Notes: generated by a model from the sequence alone, not told the origin. Positions 19,401 through 30,209 are shown, counted from the stretch's first letter. The stretch is DNA of 64,000 bases from Vulcanimicrobiota bacterium (GCA_963777315.1 CAVZQC010000002.1:96001-160000), one strand, 5' to 3'. Program-made: numbers and translations.

Positions 19401-19697
19401 AAGACATGCATCGGAGGGAGCCCATTGGATCGAGCTTGCAGTGGTCCGGACCGATCCCTGCGCATCTTCCAGCGCTTCTCGGAGCTGATGCAGGAACTGG
19501 CGAAGATTGTTGCGCGCATTGGACTCGGTAGCATCCGGCCAAAAGAGAAACGCAACTTGGGAACGCGACAGCGGCGCGTCGGCGTGGAGCACCAAGTACG
19601 CGAGCAGCGATTGAAGTCGCCCACCGGTCAGCTTTGGTAGAGGACGCCCGTCTAGCGCGGCGCCGAATTGCCCCAGAAGCCGAATCCGAAGTTCCAT
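16440..19697 (-). CDS. AfsR/SARP-like regulator: wHTH + BTAD + AAA ATPase + TPR
   Basis: LRIRLLG, LLAYLVL, FWPD..ARNNLRQ, BTAD region, Walker A GEAGIGKS, DDLQWCD, C-terminal LELRAA. Confidence 0.92.
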   Translation of the reverse strand: MELRIRLLGQFGAALDGRPLPKLTGGRLQSLLAYLVLHADAPLSRSQVAFLFWPDATESNARNNLRQFLHQLREALEDAQGSVRTTASSIQWAPSDACLADATAFQEAIAEAGRARSSGDTPRTRSNLELALKLCAGPLLPSCYDDWIVPERDRLARQCKLAVQQLVECVEATREYETAIPYVEHWRRHDPSDEEAYRCLMRLHALCDDRIAALRVFRECREALRREFDAEPSEQTLRLHGRIQEGDRTGDTGAPARPGYAPSPPLVGRADEWLVLRKTWDAAASGTARFALIAGEAGIGKSRLAAELVSWAIRQGLAAATTRCYAAEGRLALAPVTDLLRSEALRSNLHTLEDVWFAEVSRVVPELATERRDSPPPAFGERRRLFEGLARAVMSAPSPLLLVIDDLQWCDLETLQWLHFLLRFDAAASLLVVGTVRSEELSRSHAVHDFKLRLSEESALTEISLEPLNPDETVALASQVASRPFDADAATRLYGETEGNPLFVVEMMRADGGRALDETSNRSALPPRVHAVIARRLAQLSEIARQVVSAAATLARPFNPSILAQTVRCSDRELIAALDELWQKRILRERQANTYDFTHDKLREVAYEGISAPERRSLHRIVARALEAADGPELDRVSGQIARHFDRAGLAEMAIPYYIRASAAAQSMYANGEAQVLAERGLALALALPESSKRDSWELELQLVRAPILRTTSGWTTPALEEVLHRALALSDKVGSLPQRSQVLHGLQSLYIVQGKHDRAQAITDEIADLLRYGPGGERPLSAIAMMVGAQLARGRFHEAIAEWEDLLGNFDPRQLQHLQDSQGLNYRVLTCAWQSHALWCVGRPQTALERCSEATRLALELKQPFNQVIASTYLALLQQLRADSSTFRHQAEDALRLSNQFEAPYYRAWSSILVAYATACDRPCAESIGEVREAIDHFTSTGARMRLSYYLALLADVCQRAHEPDRGLVVLEEALGAARETGERWWDAELHRLRGDLLIERGAGTNEAGAAYRRALEIARAQQAKSLELRAALSVARLWRSSPMAEESNRRLRRTLESFTEGFDTPDLMRARSLLADRAELTIR

Positions 19698-19849
19698 GGC
19701 ACAGCCTCCGCAACGATGCTTCGCGCCGCCGGCGGAGTCTCTTTCCGGCTGGATTGGTTACGCGTGGTTACACGCGTTTTGAAGCCATGCCGGCGGCGGT
19801 GAAGATGGGATGCTTTGCTCACCCTCGTGAGTCTCGCGTTTAGCTGGTC

Positions 19850-20327
19850 TCACCGAAAATAGTTTTCCCAAAGTTCGTCGCCGCCGTAGTTTTGCCGTTG
19901 AATTGCAATCAGGTCGTTCAACCGCTTCCAAGCGCCGATAATCAGCGAGTGAAAGACGTCGTAGATGACATCGGAGTTTAGCAGCTTGTGCCGAACTAAT
20001 GCGCCAACCTCTTCGTACGTGTGCAGCAAGAATCGTTCTTTATGGACGGAAAAATCAAGATTCGAGACGTTTTCCGCGTCGCATCGGTAGCATTCGTCTC
20101 GTAACCGATCGCCGAGCTCGTTGAAAACGAAGTGCTGGGCTTCTTGAAACTGCCGGCTGCGAAAGATTTCGTAAACTTTCAGTGCCCCGTCGAGCTGCGT
20201 CGCACTCTGAAAATGCTCCAGCTGGCGATTCATTGCGCGCAGTCTGTCGAGATCCCACGACAACCGTGACGGCGATGACTACACCGGTAAACACCGTAGC
20301 GAGTGCACCGATCGCTTCCCATATCAT
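19850..20327 (-). CDS. DUF4760-like single-TM protein, +1 frameshift at about 20243
   Basis: TM MIWEAIGALATVFTGVVIAVTVVVGSRQ joins LRAMNRQLEHF..YEEVGALVRHKLL..WEN when one base in CAGACTG is removed. Confidence 0.6.
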
Positions 20328-20739
20328 TGGGAAATTGGATACCAGCGAGGAGCGATCAGTTCCTTGGATTATAGATTATGTTCTCCGCGAGCTGCGCGAA
20401 AGCGTTGGGCTCTCCAAAATGCCTGGTGTCGTCGACTCGGATATGGACATCGTGTCGGCCAACGTTTCGTTCTTTCGGTGAGAAGTTTGGCAAAATGAAT
20501 CTTGCGAACCGAAACGGTGGCTCGTCGCCACCGGCTTTTTTTGCAGCGTCTAAGGCGTCATCGGAAACGCCGAGGACGAAATCGGTCGACGCACTGTGCG
20601 CGTGCGAGATCGATTCGCAGCGGCCCAAGCGCTTCGCGAGCGAAGCAGCCGGTGCGGTCGACGAGCTTGCGCACCGCCGGCCAAGTAGGGTTGCCTCCCC
20701 ATACGCGCCTTAGAAAATGGACGCTATCATGGTTCTGCA

Positions 20740-22083
20740 ATGAATGTTTACTTTCGTATCATCCTTACCGTGACGCTCATTGGGTGCAGCCTCTGGGGGC
20801 TCGCTGTTCCGCACGCCTCTGCGGGTACGGACGGGGCTTTTCAGATCACGGCAAACCCCCACGGCGGCACCATCCTTACCGGAACCCTAGGGAGTTCGTC
20901 GCTCCCCGCCGCGACCGCCACGCTCATGCGCCGCGTCCACGCCGAGCTCGGCACGCGGCCGACGATTGTGCAGGTTGCACTGGACGCGCGCGATCGGTCG
21001 CTGGCGTTGCTCTTCACCGCTGCTCGCCGCGGGACGCGGTATACCGGCGTCGCGATCGTGACGGCGAGCGCGGGCGCGCAGGCCGCCGGTGCAGCGCTGT
21101 ACGATACCACGGCCCGTTTTCACTCGACGGTCGGTCCGATGATGCACCGACTTCAAGGAATGACCGTCCGACCGCCGTCCAGCGCCTCGAATCGGTCCAT
21201 ACGGTTTGCTCCGCCCGAGCCGCTGATCCCGCACGCCTTCGCCGACGGTACCGGAAGCATCGGCATCCCCGCGGACTGGTCGCTGACAGTCGCGGGCGGT
21301 GGCAGCGCAGCGGCGGTCGGGCCCGCCGGCGGAGCGCAGGTTTCGTACAACATGGCCTTTACCGGGATCGATCCTTCGAACCGGCGCGCGCAAATGTTCT
21401 TGCGAATGGGATCGCCCCTGCAACGTCAGAACCTGCACGGCGCCGTGCTGCCCTACACCGGCGATCCCGTCGGCTCTTGGAAAGCCATGTACACGGTCCT
21501 GGCTCAGCAGCGGGGGCTGCCTCAACCGCAGATTCACGTGATCAGCTCGACCTCGTCAGGTCAATCGGCCGCCGACATCACCGGAACGCTAGGCACCGGA
21601 CCCAAGATGATACACTTCATCGCGCACGTATTGGTGCTGCCGCCGAATCCTAACGGTATGTGGAAGCTCTCCGACAGCCATATCTTCGTAAAGGATGCGC
21701 AGCTGGCTAGACAGGCCGCGACCGCAAAAGCGGTGCTCGAGAGCGTGCGGATCAACTTCGGCGTCCTAGCCGCTCAAGAGGACGCGATTCGGCAAAGCTT
21801 CCAGCGGCAGTTCGAGGCGCAGATCGCCAACGACAGGGCGCTCGATGCGGCGCGCCAGCAGCGAACCGATGAAGCGCTGGCGTCCGACCGGGCGGCTCAA
21901 GAAGGCATGCACCGACAGGCCGTCGCTATGGAGAACTACTCGCTCGATCGTGCGGTCGTCGTCGACACGGCGACGGGGGTGCACAGCACCGTCGATTCCG
22001 GATTCGCGGCTACGCTCGTTCACGATAATCCGAACTATCAGCAGGTTCCCGCAGCCAACCTCCTACGCGGCGTCGACTACTAG
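20740..22083 (+). CDS. Secreted hypothetical protein with C-terminal Q/A/R-rich helix
   Basis: Signal peptide; 447-aa open frame with GC-rich third positions. Confidence 0.75.
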   Translation: MNVYFRIILTVTLIGCSLWGLAVPHASAGTDGAFQITANPHGGTILTGTLGSSSLPAATATLMRRVHAELGTRPTIVQVALDARDRSLALLFTAARRGTRYTGVAIVTASAGAQAAGAALYDTTARFHSTVGPMMHRLQGMTVRPPSSASNRSIRFAPPEPLIPHAFADGTGSIGIPADWSLTVAGGGSAAAVGPAGGAQVSYNMAFTGIDPSNRRAQMFLRMGSPLQRQNLHGAVLPYTGDPVGSWKAMYTVLAQQRGLPQPQIHVISSTSSGQSAADITGTLGTGPKMIHFIAHVLVLPPNPNGMWKLSDSHIFVKDAQLARQAATAKAVLESVRINFGVLAAQEDAIRQSFQRQFEAQIANDRALDAARQQRTDEALASDRAAQEGMHRQAVAMENYSLDRAVVVDTATGVHSTVDSGFAATLVHDNPNYQQVPAANLLRGVDY

Positions 22084-22087
22084 GAAC

Positions 22088-22795
22088 ATGGTGTACGCCG
22101 GCGCGGCGGCAACGAAGGGGGTGCGGTGGAGATTCAATATCGCAACTCGGATCTGCATCGGAATCTTGGCCGCGTTCATGTTCGGATTCGCGGCCCTGCT
22201 GTTCGCTCTGCCGTTTGCATTCGGCAGCGACCGCAGCGGCGACTGGATTGTGGTGCTGACCGGACTCGCGCTGATGGGGTTCGGTGTCTTCGCGACGTTC
22301 GGCCTGATCGCCGCCGTGCGAACCAGCATCGCGCTCGACGCGAAAACGCTCGACGCAACAGTGGTCACCGGGCACAACGCGCTCTTGGCCCCGCAGTTCC
22401 GTGAAGTGCACCTGCCGTTCTCGGAGATCCGGACAGTCGAGCGCCGCTGCGAGGTATTCCGGACGCTGGGTTTCTTCACGACGCGCGAGGCGCTGTCTAT
22501 CGTAACGACCGGCGGCGAGCGGATCGGCTTGTTCAGCAACACGCTGGGGAATGTGAGCACGCTGCCCATCGACGAAGTCGCCGACGCCGTAGCCGCAGCC
22601 GCCGGGATCGCCGTGACCGACGACGGCACCGTTCGCACGAAGGGGTCCGGACTCTACGGCGCCGCGTCGTCGTCTTGGAGTGAACGCCCGCTCGATGCAG
22701 CGAGTGCAAGTAAAGCGCAGCGCATGGCGATCGCAACGGCGCGCATTTGCACCGCGTTGCTGCTGCTTACGCTCGTGCTGCGCGCCTGCTTCTGA
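22088..22795 (+). CDS. Hypothetical membrane protein
   Basis: ATG 4 nt after upstream stop; two N-terminal TMs and one C-terminal TM. Confidence 0.7.
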   Translation: MVYAGAAATKGVRWRFNIATRICIGILAAFMFGFAALLFALPFAFGSDRSGDWIVVLTGLALMGFGVFATFGLIAAVRTSIALDAKTLDATVVTGHNALLAPQFREVHLPFSEIRTVERRCEVFRTLGFFTTREALSIVTTGGERIGLFSNTLGNVSTLPIDEVADAVAAAAGIAVTDDGTVRTKGSGLYGAASSSWSERPLDAASASKAQRMAIATARICTALLLLTLVLRACF

Positions 22796-22820
22796 CCGGC
22801 GCTCACGGCACGGAGCTTTC

Positions 22821-22895
22821 TGGTAGCGCCAACGGGAATCGAACCCGTCTTTCCGCCTTGAAAGGGCAGTGTCCTAACCGATAGACGATGGCGCC
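22821..22895 (-). tRNA. tRNA-Glu (TTC)
   Basis: GGCGCCATCGTCTATCGGTTAGGAC..CT-TTC-AA..GGTTCGATTCCC..ACCA; cloverleaf with encoded CCA. Confidence 0.97.
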
Positions 22896-22906
22896 GCAAG
22901 GCGTCC

Positions 22907-23674
22907 TTAATTCAACACGGGATTCAATGGACTGTCAACCGGTTCCCCGGGCTCCACCCCCGGCATGAAGGCCTCCCAATCCGCCACGTGCTGCTTTCGG
23001 CGAGGTTCGACGAGGCGAATTCCGTCTTCCATATAGATGACCGTCATAACCGCGCGGGCGCGCTGCGACGTGTTCGCGCCGGTATGGTGGAATGTCCAGC
23101 CGGAGTGGAAACTCACTTCTCCGAGCGCGAACGACTCGCGCACTTCGCGAAAACGGCCGGATTCGAGCGCTTGCCGCAAGCTGCGTTCGCTTTCGTCCCC
23201 GATCTCCAAGTCGCGCCCCAGCGTCATGCGATGGCTGCCGGCGGCAAAGGCGAGCGGCCCCATCTCCAGCGGCGTCTCCTGCAGCGGCACCCAAGCGGTG
23301 ATCGTCTTGTGGCTCGAGAGCGGCCAATAGAATTGATCGGCATGCCAGGGCGTAATGCCGCCGTCCGGCTCTTTATACAAGGCTTGATCGTGATACAGCC
23401 GCACCCGCGCGCCGAGCAATCGTGCAGCGATCGACGCGAGCCGCTTACTGAAAACGAACTCGCGCGCAATCGCATTGGTGCGCCACAGATTTGTGACCTG
23501 CAAGAATGCGCGGCCATACGTGTCCCGTTCGGACAGCGGCGCAGTGGCGCTGTTGCGGCGCCGGACTTCAGCCGAAATGTGCTCGCGATAATACGTAAGC
23601 AGCCCGGCATCGAAGACGTTCTTGACCTTGACGAAACCGTCGCGTTCGTACGAGCTGCGATACGATGAGTCCAG
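22907..23674 (-). CDS. Phytanoyl-CoA dioxygenase-family Fe(II)/2OG enzyme (start uncertain)
   Basis: YERDGFV, TPWHAD (HxD), VSFHSGWTFH and R motifs; no canonical start after the upstream stop (CTG at 23674). Confidence 0.85.
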   Translation of the reverse strand: MDSSYRSSYERDGFVKVKNVFDAGLLTYYREHISAEVRRRNSATAPLSERDTYGRAFLQVTNLWRTNAIAREFVFSKRLASIAARLLGARVRLYHDQALYKEPDGGITPWHADQFYWPLSSHKTITAWVPLQETPLEMGPLAFAAGSHRMTLGRDLEIGDESERSLRQALESGRFREVRESFALGEVSFHSGWTFHHTGANTSQRARAVMTVIYMEDGIRLVEPRRKQHVADWEAFMPGVEPGEPVDSPLNPVLN

Positions 23675-23676
23675 CG

Positions 23677-24174
23677 CTAGCCGCCGGCCGAGGGCCTCCC
23701 GACGGGCGCTTGCGGCGCGATCATCGTCTTGGACACTTGACCCTTCGCCGGAGACGCAGGCGTGACGTTCGCCGTCAGCACCGGTTTCTGTCCCGCCGTT
23801 CCAATCGTCAGGGTCCCGGTTCCGTTTTTGCTCGTACGCGTCCATTTGATCACCAATACGTTGGCATGGCCTCGCATGCCGCCGGTAATATCCAACGCCT
23901 TGTTGGGCCAGCTGATCGTGCCGATCGGTTTACCGTTGGCCCACAGTTCGAAGGTTACGTCCTTGAGGTGGGCGCCGGTCTTGGCAAAATATTTCTCGCC
24001 CGGGCCGCTGCTGAGCGACTGATCGGGAGCTGCGGTCGAATTTGCCTGCGCCATCGTGGTGTTGGACGGCACGGGAGTTTGGCCGCCGGTGCTGCGCGTG
24101 CTCGGATGGCATCCCGACACGCATGCCGCCAATGCCAAAACGCCGAGCGAGCGAAAAATGACGGTTCGTTGCAT
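23677..24174 (-). CDS. Hypothetical lipoprotein
   Basis: Signal with LAAC/VSGC lipobox, S/T/P linker, beta-rich domain. Confidence 0.7.
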   Translation of the reverse strand: MQRTVIFRSLGVLALAACVSGCHPSTRSTGGQTPVPSNTTMAQANSTAAPDQSLSSGPGEKYFAKTGAHLKDVTFELWANGKPIGTISWPNKALDITGGMRGHANVLVIKWTRTSKNGTGTLTIGTAGQKPVLTANVTPASPAKGQVSKTMIAPQAPVGRPSAGG

Positions 24175-24212
24175 GCTCGGTCATTCCACGCGTCCCGGGC
24201 GTTAAACTCCTG

Positions 24213-24284
24213 TGGGCCCGGTAGGATTCGAACCTACGCGCAACCAGTTATGAGCCGGCCGCTCTACCGCTGAGCTACGGGCCC
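24213..24284 (-). tRNA. tRNA with CAT anticodon, probably tRNA-Ile2 (lysidine)
   Basis: GGGCCCGTAGCTCAGCGGTAGAGC..CT-CAT-AA..GGTTCGAATCC..GGGCCCA; paired 1:72 and no initiator GGG/CCC anticodon stem; CCA not encoded. Confidence 0.9.
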
Positions 24285-24378
24285 GGTAGGCAATCTGCAG
24301 CATGATATGCTGCACGCAATGCACATACAGGCGCGGCGCAGCCTTTCCTGCCGTGGCTCGGCGGAATGTCTTGCAGCG

Positions 24379-26164
<1,786 letters not shown>

Positions 26165-26221
26165 ACCGCGCCTGAAATACGGGCCGCGGGCAAGGCAAGC
26201 CTGCACCGCGAAGGCGCCCGA

Positions 26222-26962
26222 GTGAGCCGCTTTTCCCGCATTTCGCGCGTCGCCGTTACGGCAAGCACCAACGAGGACATGGCGCGCATTCTGGGCAGCG
26301 AGCGCGGACGCGGACTGACGTTGGTCGCCGATTATCAAACGCATGGAAGCGGCCGTAAGGGGCGATCCTGGATCGCGCCGCCCGGCACCGCACTGCTGTG
26401 CACGATAGGATTACCGGATCGGCTTCGCTCGAGCGAGGTCTGGATCGTGCCGTTTTGGACGGCGTACGTCGTGTGCAGCGCGCTGCGCGCTTACGACGTC
26501 GATACGACTCTGCAGTGGCCCAACGACGTGCTCGCGTCCGACGGTGCAAAACTGGCCGGCATCTTGTGCGTTTCGCGCACCGCCGGCGACGATGCCTGGG
26601 CCGGATGCGGAATCGGCATCAACGTCAACCATCCTACCGATGAGTCGGCCTTTGCCGCGCTGGATTCGCGCCCCGCGTTCGTAAACGACTTTACGTCTGC
26701 GACCGTCGACGAGGTGCTGCAGACGCTGCTGCGCACCGCCGACCGGTATTACGATCTGTTGCAGCAGCCGAAGCGCGTCGTCGAATACTGGCATGCGTGC
26801 GCGAACGTACCGGGCACCCGCTATCGCATTCTGCTCGATGGTGGGACGGAGCCGTTCGAGGCGACCGCGCTCACATTACTTCCCGGCGGCGCGCTGCTGG
26901 TAGACCACTCAGGCCGGCAGCGGACGATATCGCTTGCGGACGCGCGCATCGTGCGTCCGTAG
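26222..26962 (+). CDS. birA: Biotin--protein ligase (no HTH domain)
   Basis: [31 protein letters not shown]. Confidence 0.9.
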   Translation: MSRFSRISRVAVTASTNEDMARILGSERGRGLTLVADYQTHGSGRKGRSWIAPPGTALLCTIGLPDRLRSSEVWIVPFWTAYVVCSALRAYDVDTTLQWPNDVLASDGAKLAGILCVSRTAGDDAWAGCGIGINVNHPTDESAFAALDSRPAFVNDFTSATVDEVLQTLLRTADRYYDLLQQPKRVVEYWHACANVPGTRYRILLDGGTEPFEATALTLLPGGALLVDHSGRQRTISLADARIVRP

Positions 26963-26965
26963 CGA

Positions 26966-27181
26966 TTATTTCACCACGCCTCCAAGCGCGATATTCGCAC
27001 CCTTGATCGCGGTTACGGCCGTGCCTTCCACGCCCCCGTCGATGCTCAGGCACAAATTCGACGCCGAATTCACGCTCGACGGTTTGGGAATCATCTTCGC
27101 CGTAACGCCGGCGTCCTTGAGCGTCTTGGTGGCGATCATGGTGTCGGCGTTGTTGGAGAAAAACAGGATGACGTCAGCCAC
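26966..27181 (-). CDS. DUF3343-like small protein
   Basis: ILFF...TM...K.LK..G....MIPKP..V...S.LCL pattern. Confidence 0.65.
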   Translation of the reverse strand: MADVILFFSNNADTMIATKTLKDAGVTAKMIPKPSSVNSASNLCLSIDGGVEGTAVTAIKGANIALGGVVK

Positions 27182-27184
27182 GGC

Positions 27185-28513
27185 TCATGCCTGCTTCGCA
27201 GAACCGCCGTGCACGAGCGTATCCAATCCGGACGCCACGTCGTTCAGCTCCGCAACGCGCGCCACGGCCTGCTGCAGTCGATCGCTCATCTCTTGGGACA
27301 GCGTATCGATGACGATCATGTCGCCGTGCAGTTCGTCGTTGACCGCGCGCAGCTGCGCGACCTTGGGAACGTCCGCGCCGGCATCGAGTTCGTCGATGAG
27401 CCGCCCCGCTCGTTCGACCGCCGCCTTGGTGGCCGCCACGTGATCGCCGGAAACTTCTCCCCCGACGATCGCAACGCCGAGCTCCTTGGCCGCCGCGCTG
27501 ACTTGTTCGCTGCGCTGGCCGATCGCTTTCGACAGGCGCTGCACGACCGGCACAGCCGCAACCAGCGCAATGAGCATGGCGACGAAGCCCCACAGCATGA
27601 ACGTTTCGGTCATGTGGTCGATGATCGCGGTGATCTGCGACATCGGCATGCCGTACCAGCGCGCACCGATCACGTTCTTCTGATCGTCGGTTATCGGGTC
27701 GAGCCGGGCAAGGTATACCGTGCCGCCTTCGCTGTCCGCGCCGACCCACGGTTTCGCGTCGGTCAGTGAAGCGAACCGCGAAACGCGCGTGTCGATCAGG
27801 CGCGTGCCGTCGGGCTGGCTGATCGTGCTCGAAACGATCGCATCCCCATCGAGCACCGCGGTTTGGCCGCCCAGCGCGCTTGTGCTTGCGTCAACCAAGT
27901 CGTAGAAATGGTTCATCAAAATGCCGCCGTAAATCGCTCCCAGCGTGCGTTCGTTTTGATCGCTCATCGGTGCCGCGGCAATCAACGCCAAGCCTTTGGA
28001 AACATGCTCGACGGTACTTTGTCCGCTTTTGACGTCGGCGTCGACCTGCGGCTGCAGGCCTTCTCCGGCCAGCTCGCCGGTCGGCATGATCACCGCGCTG
28101 CTGACCGTTTCACCCGTGAGCGCGCGCTGCACGTACGTATCGCCGGCCAGCGTTCCGCCCGTTCCGCCGTTTGCGCGGGCGACGACTTTCCCCGTGCCGT
28201 CCACCACGGTCAGGAAAGAAAGGCCCGACGTTCGCGCGATATTCGAGAGCTGGTCTTGCAGCGCCGCAGCATTTCGCGTTGCCAGATTTTTGCGCAACGC
28301 ATCGGAAACCGCGTCCTGGGCAAGCAGCAGCCGGATCTGATCTTTGCGCGAATCCCAGTATCCCGAGAACGCGTTCGAACTATTGGTCACCTGCGTGCGG
28401 CCCAAATCCATCAGGTCCCCCGCCAAGGTCAAGCGTGCTGCAACCACGCTGATGATAAAAAATAGGACCATGGCACCCACGATGGTGCCGAGCAGGCGAA
28501 CCCGCAAGCTCAT
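27185..28513 (-). CDS. Cache-domain membrane sensor with short MCP-like cytoplasmic coiled coil
   Basis: TM-Cache-TM (LSFLTVVD..G.VVAR, YLARLDPI...VIG..WYG) then about 110 aa helical tail without signalling tip. Confidence 0.75.
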   Translation of the reverse strand: MSLRVRLLGTIVGAMVLFFIISVVAARLTLAGDLMDLGRTQVTNSSNAFSGYWDSRKDQIRLLLAQDAVSDALRKNLATRNAAALQDQLSNIARTSGLSFLTVVDGTGKVVARANGGTGGTLAGDTYVQRALTGETVSSAVIMPTGELAGEGLQPQVDADVKSGQSTVEHVSKGLALIAAAPMSDQNERTLGAIYGGILMNHFYDLVDASTSALGGQTAVLDGDAIVSSTISQPDGTRLIDTRVSRFASLTDAKPWVGADSEGGTVYLARLDPITDDQKNVIGARWYGMPMSQITAIIDHMTETFMLWGFVAMLIALVAAVPVVQRLSKAIGQRSEQVSAAAKELGVAIVGGEVSGDHVAATKAAVERAGRLIDELDAGADVPKVAQLRAVNDELHGDMIVIDTLSQEMSDRLQQAVARVAELNDVASGLDTLVHGGSAKQA

Positions 28514-30150
28514 ACCGTTTCCCTTTCCGAACCCGTTTCGCTAACCTTGAATTGAGCCAGCCGGCCGTCGATGACGCCGGCGAAATCGTTCATCTGATTG
28601 ACTGAGGCCAGTATCCGCTGCGCGGCTCCCGTCACTTCCTGATTCACATAGGTGAGAACTTCGACCGACGAGGCGTTCTGCTGCGAAATTTCCGCTATGC
28701 TGCGGAACGCGGCATTGACTTCATCGGAGTGCGAGGACATCTGCTGGGTGGCTTGCACGTTCAGCTGCACGGACCGCGTGATCTCTTCGATCGAACGAAT
28801 GACCTGGTACGAATTGCTGCTCATCGCGCGCGCGACCGAAGATATCTCCGAGATCTGCTGATTGGCGCCCAGCACCGCCGAGACGATCTGGCGCAGCGCT
28901 CCCGAAGCCGAATTGGTTCCGTTCACGCCTTGCTCGACGCGTTCGGTGAGCTTGTCCATGGCGTTGACCACTTCGGTTATGACGTTTTGCGTCGAGACAA
29001 TGTGGCCGGCGATCTCTTTGGTCGCCTGAACGCTGCCGTCGGCGAGCTTGCGAATCTCCGTGGCGACGACCGCGAACCCGCGCCCGTGTTCGCCGGCGCG
29101 AGCCGCCTCGATGGCGGCGTTGAGCGCCAGCAAGTTGGTTTGCTCGGCGATGCGATCGATCACTTTGACGATGTCGCCGATCTGCTCGGAGTTGCTCCCC
29201 AGTTGGGAAATGTCGCCCGCGAGTTCGGAGATCGTGCTGCGGATCGTGTCCATGCCTTCGACGATCGTGTGGATGGCGCTGTCTCCGCGCTGCGCCGTGT
29301 GCGAAGTCTCCGTGGAGATCGACGATAGCGAGTCGACTTGCGCGGTCACCTGTTCGATCGAGGTCGCCATGTTCGTCACCGCGAGCGACGTCTCGTCGAG
29401 ACTGCGCGTCTGCTCCTCGGCGGCCGCCGCGATCGCGTCGATCGTTTCGGTGAGCTGCGCGACTTTGCGCGTGGCGTGCTCGACGATGCGGGACTGCTCG
29501 TTGATGCCGTCGTCGAGCTGTCCTTGGGCAACCGCAGCCCCTTCAATCACCGCCAGAGCCGTCGAAGCGGTCCCGTGCAGCTCGGTCCCTGCCGAACCGA
29601 GTTGCGCGTTGTTGCGATGCAGATTGTTCACGAACTCGCGCATGCCGAAGATCAGTTTGTTCAAGGCGATCGCGAGATCGTTGAGGGAATGATCCGAAAC
29701 GGCCAAATTTTTGGTAAAGTCGCCCTGCCAGACTTCGCGAATGCCCGCAGCCAGCGCCGCAATGGAACGTTCCAGCGCGAACGCAGTCGACGGACGGCTT
29801 TCGCCGGTCTTTGGGCGTGCGGCATCGTTCCCGGCGAATATGCACGCCATCCCCAGACCCACCGCTCCGAGCAGCAACGCCGAGCCCAGCGCCGCAGGCG
29901 AATGGTGCGCGCTGCGCCCCGTAAAATCGAGCGCCGCCACGACCAATGCCAGGACCGGAGCTGCCGGCATGCCCACCAGCACCGCAGCAATCGTGACCAG
30001 CGCGAGCGGAATCACTTCGAGTGCGCCGGCGCCGCTGCCATACCATACGCAAACGAAACAGGCGAGCGCGACAACTGTCGCGACGCCGATGCGAGGCATG
30101 GTCCCCAGACGCGAACGCCAAGCGGCGAGTCCGGCTTGAATCACTGGCAC
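28510..30150 (-). CDS. Methyl-accepting chemotaxis protein with multi-TM N-terminus
   Basis: IAEQTNLLALNAAIEAARAGEHGRGFAVVATEIRKLA tip motif; HAMP-like GDFT. Confidence 0.92.
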   Translation of the reverse strand: MPVIQAGLAAWRSRLGTMPRIGVATVVALACFVCVWYGSGAGALEVIPLALVTIAAVLVGMPAAPVLALVVAALDFTGRSAHHSPAALGSALLLGAVGLGMACIFAGNDAARPKTGESRPSTAFALERSIAALAAGIREVWQGDFTKNLAVSDHSLNDLAIALNKLIFGMREFVNNLHRNNAQLGSAGTELHGTASTALAVIEGAAVAQGQLDDGINEQSRIVEHATRKVAQLTETIDAIAAAAEEQTRSLDETSLAVTNMATSIEQVTAQVDSLSSISTETSHTAQRGDSAIHTIVEGMDTIRSTISELAGDISQLGSNSEQIGDIVKVIDRIAEQTNLLALNAAIEAARAGEHGRGFAVVATEIRKLADGSVQATKEIAGHIVSTQNVITEVVNAMDKLTERVEQGVNGTNSASGALRQIVSAVLGANQQISEISSVARAMSSNSYQVIRSIEEITRSVQLNVQATQQMSSHSDEVNAAFRSIAEISQQNASSVEVLTYVNQEVTGAAQRILASVNQMNDFAGVIDGRLAQFKVSETGSERETV

Positions 30151-30181
30151 CTCAACGGTTTCGGGTGGACCCCTATCCGAA

Positions 30182-30209
30182 TGTACGGCCCGATGCGCCG
30201 GAAAATTTA
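30182..30209 (-). promoter_or_regulatory. Candidate sigma-28 (FliA/SigD) promoter
   Basis: TAAA-N16-GCCGTACA upstream of the MCP gene. Confidence 0.45.

Noticed and set aside
20330..20735. Short ORFs on both strands
   Set aside because: No recognisable motif or convincing RBS; cannot choose a frame
24214..24290. 12-bp direct repeat GGGCCCGGTAGG at both ends of the tRNA(CAT) as an att site
   Set aside because: Half of it is the palindromic acceptor stem; no cargo or integrase lies between the copies
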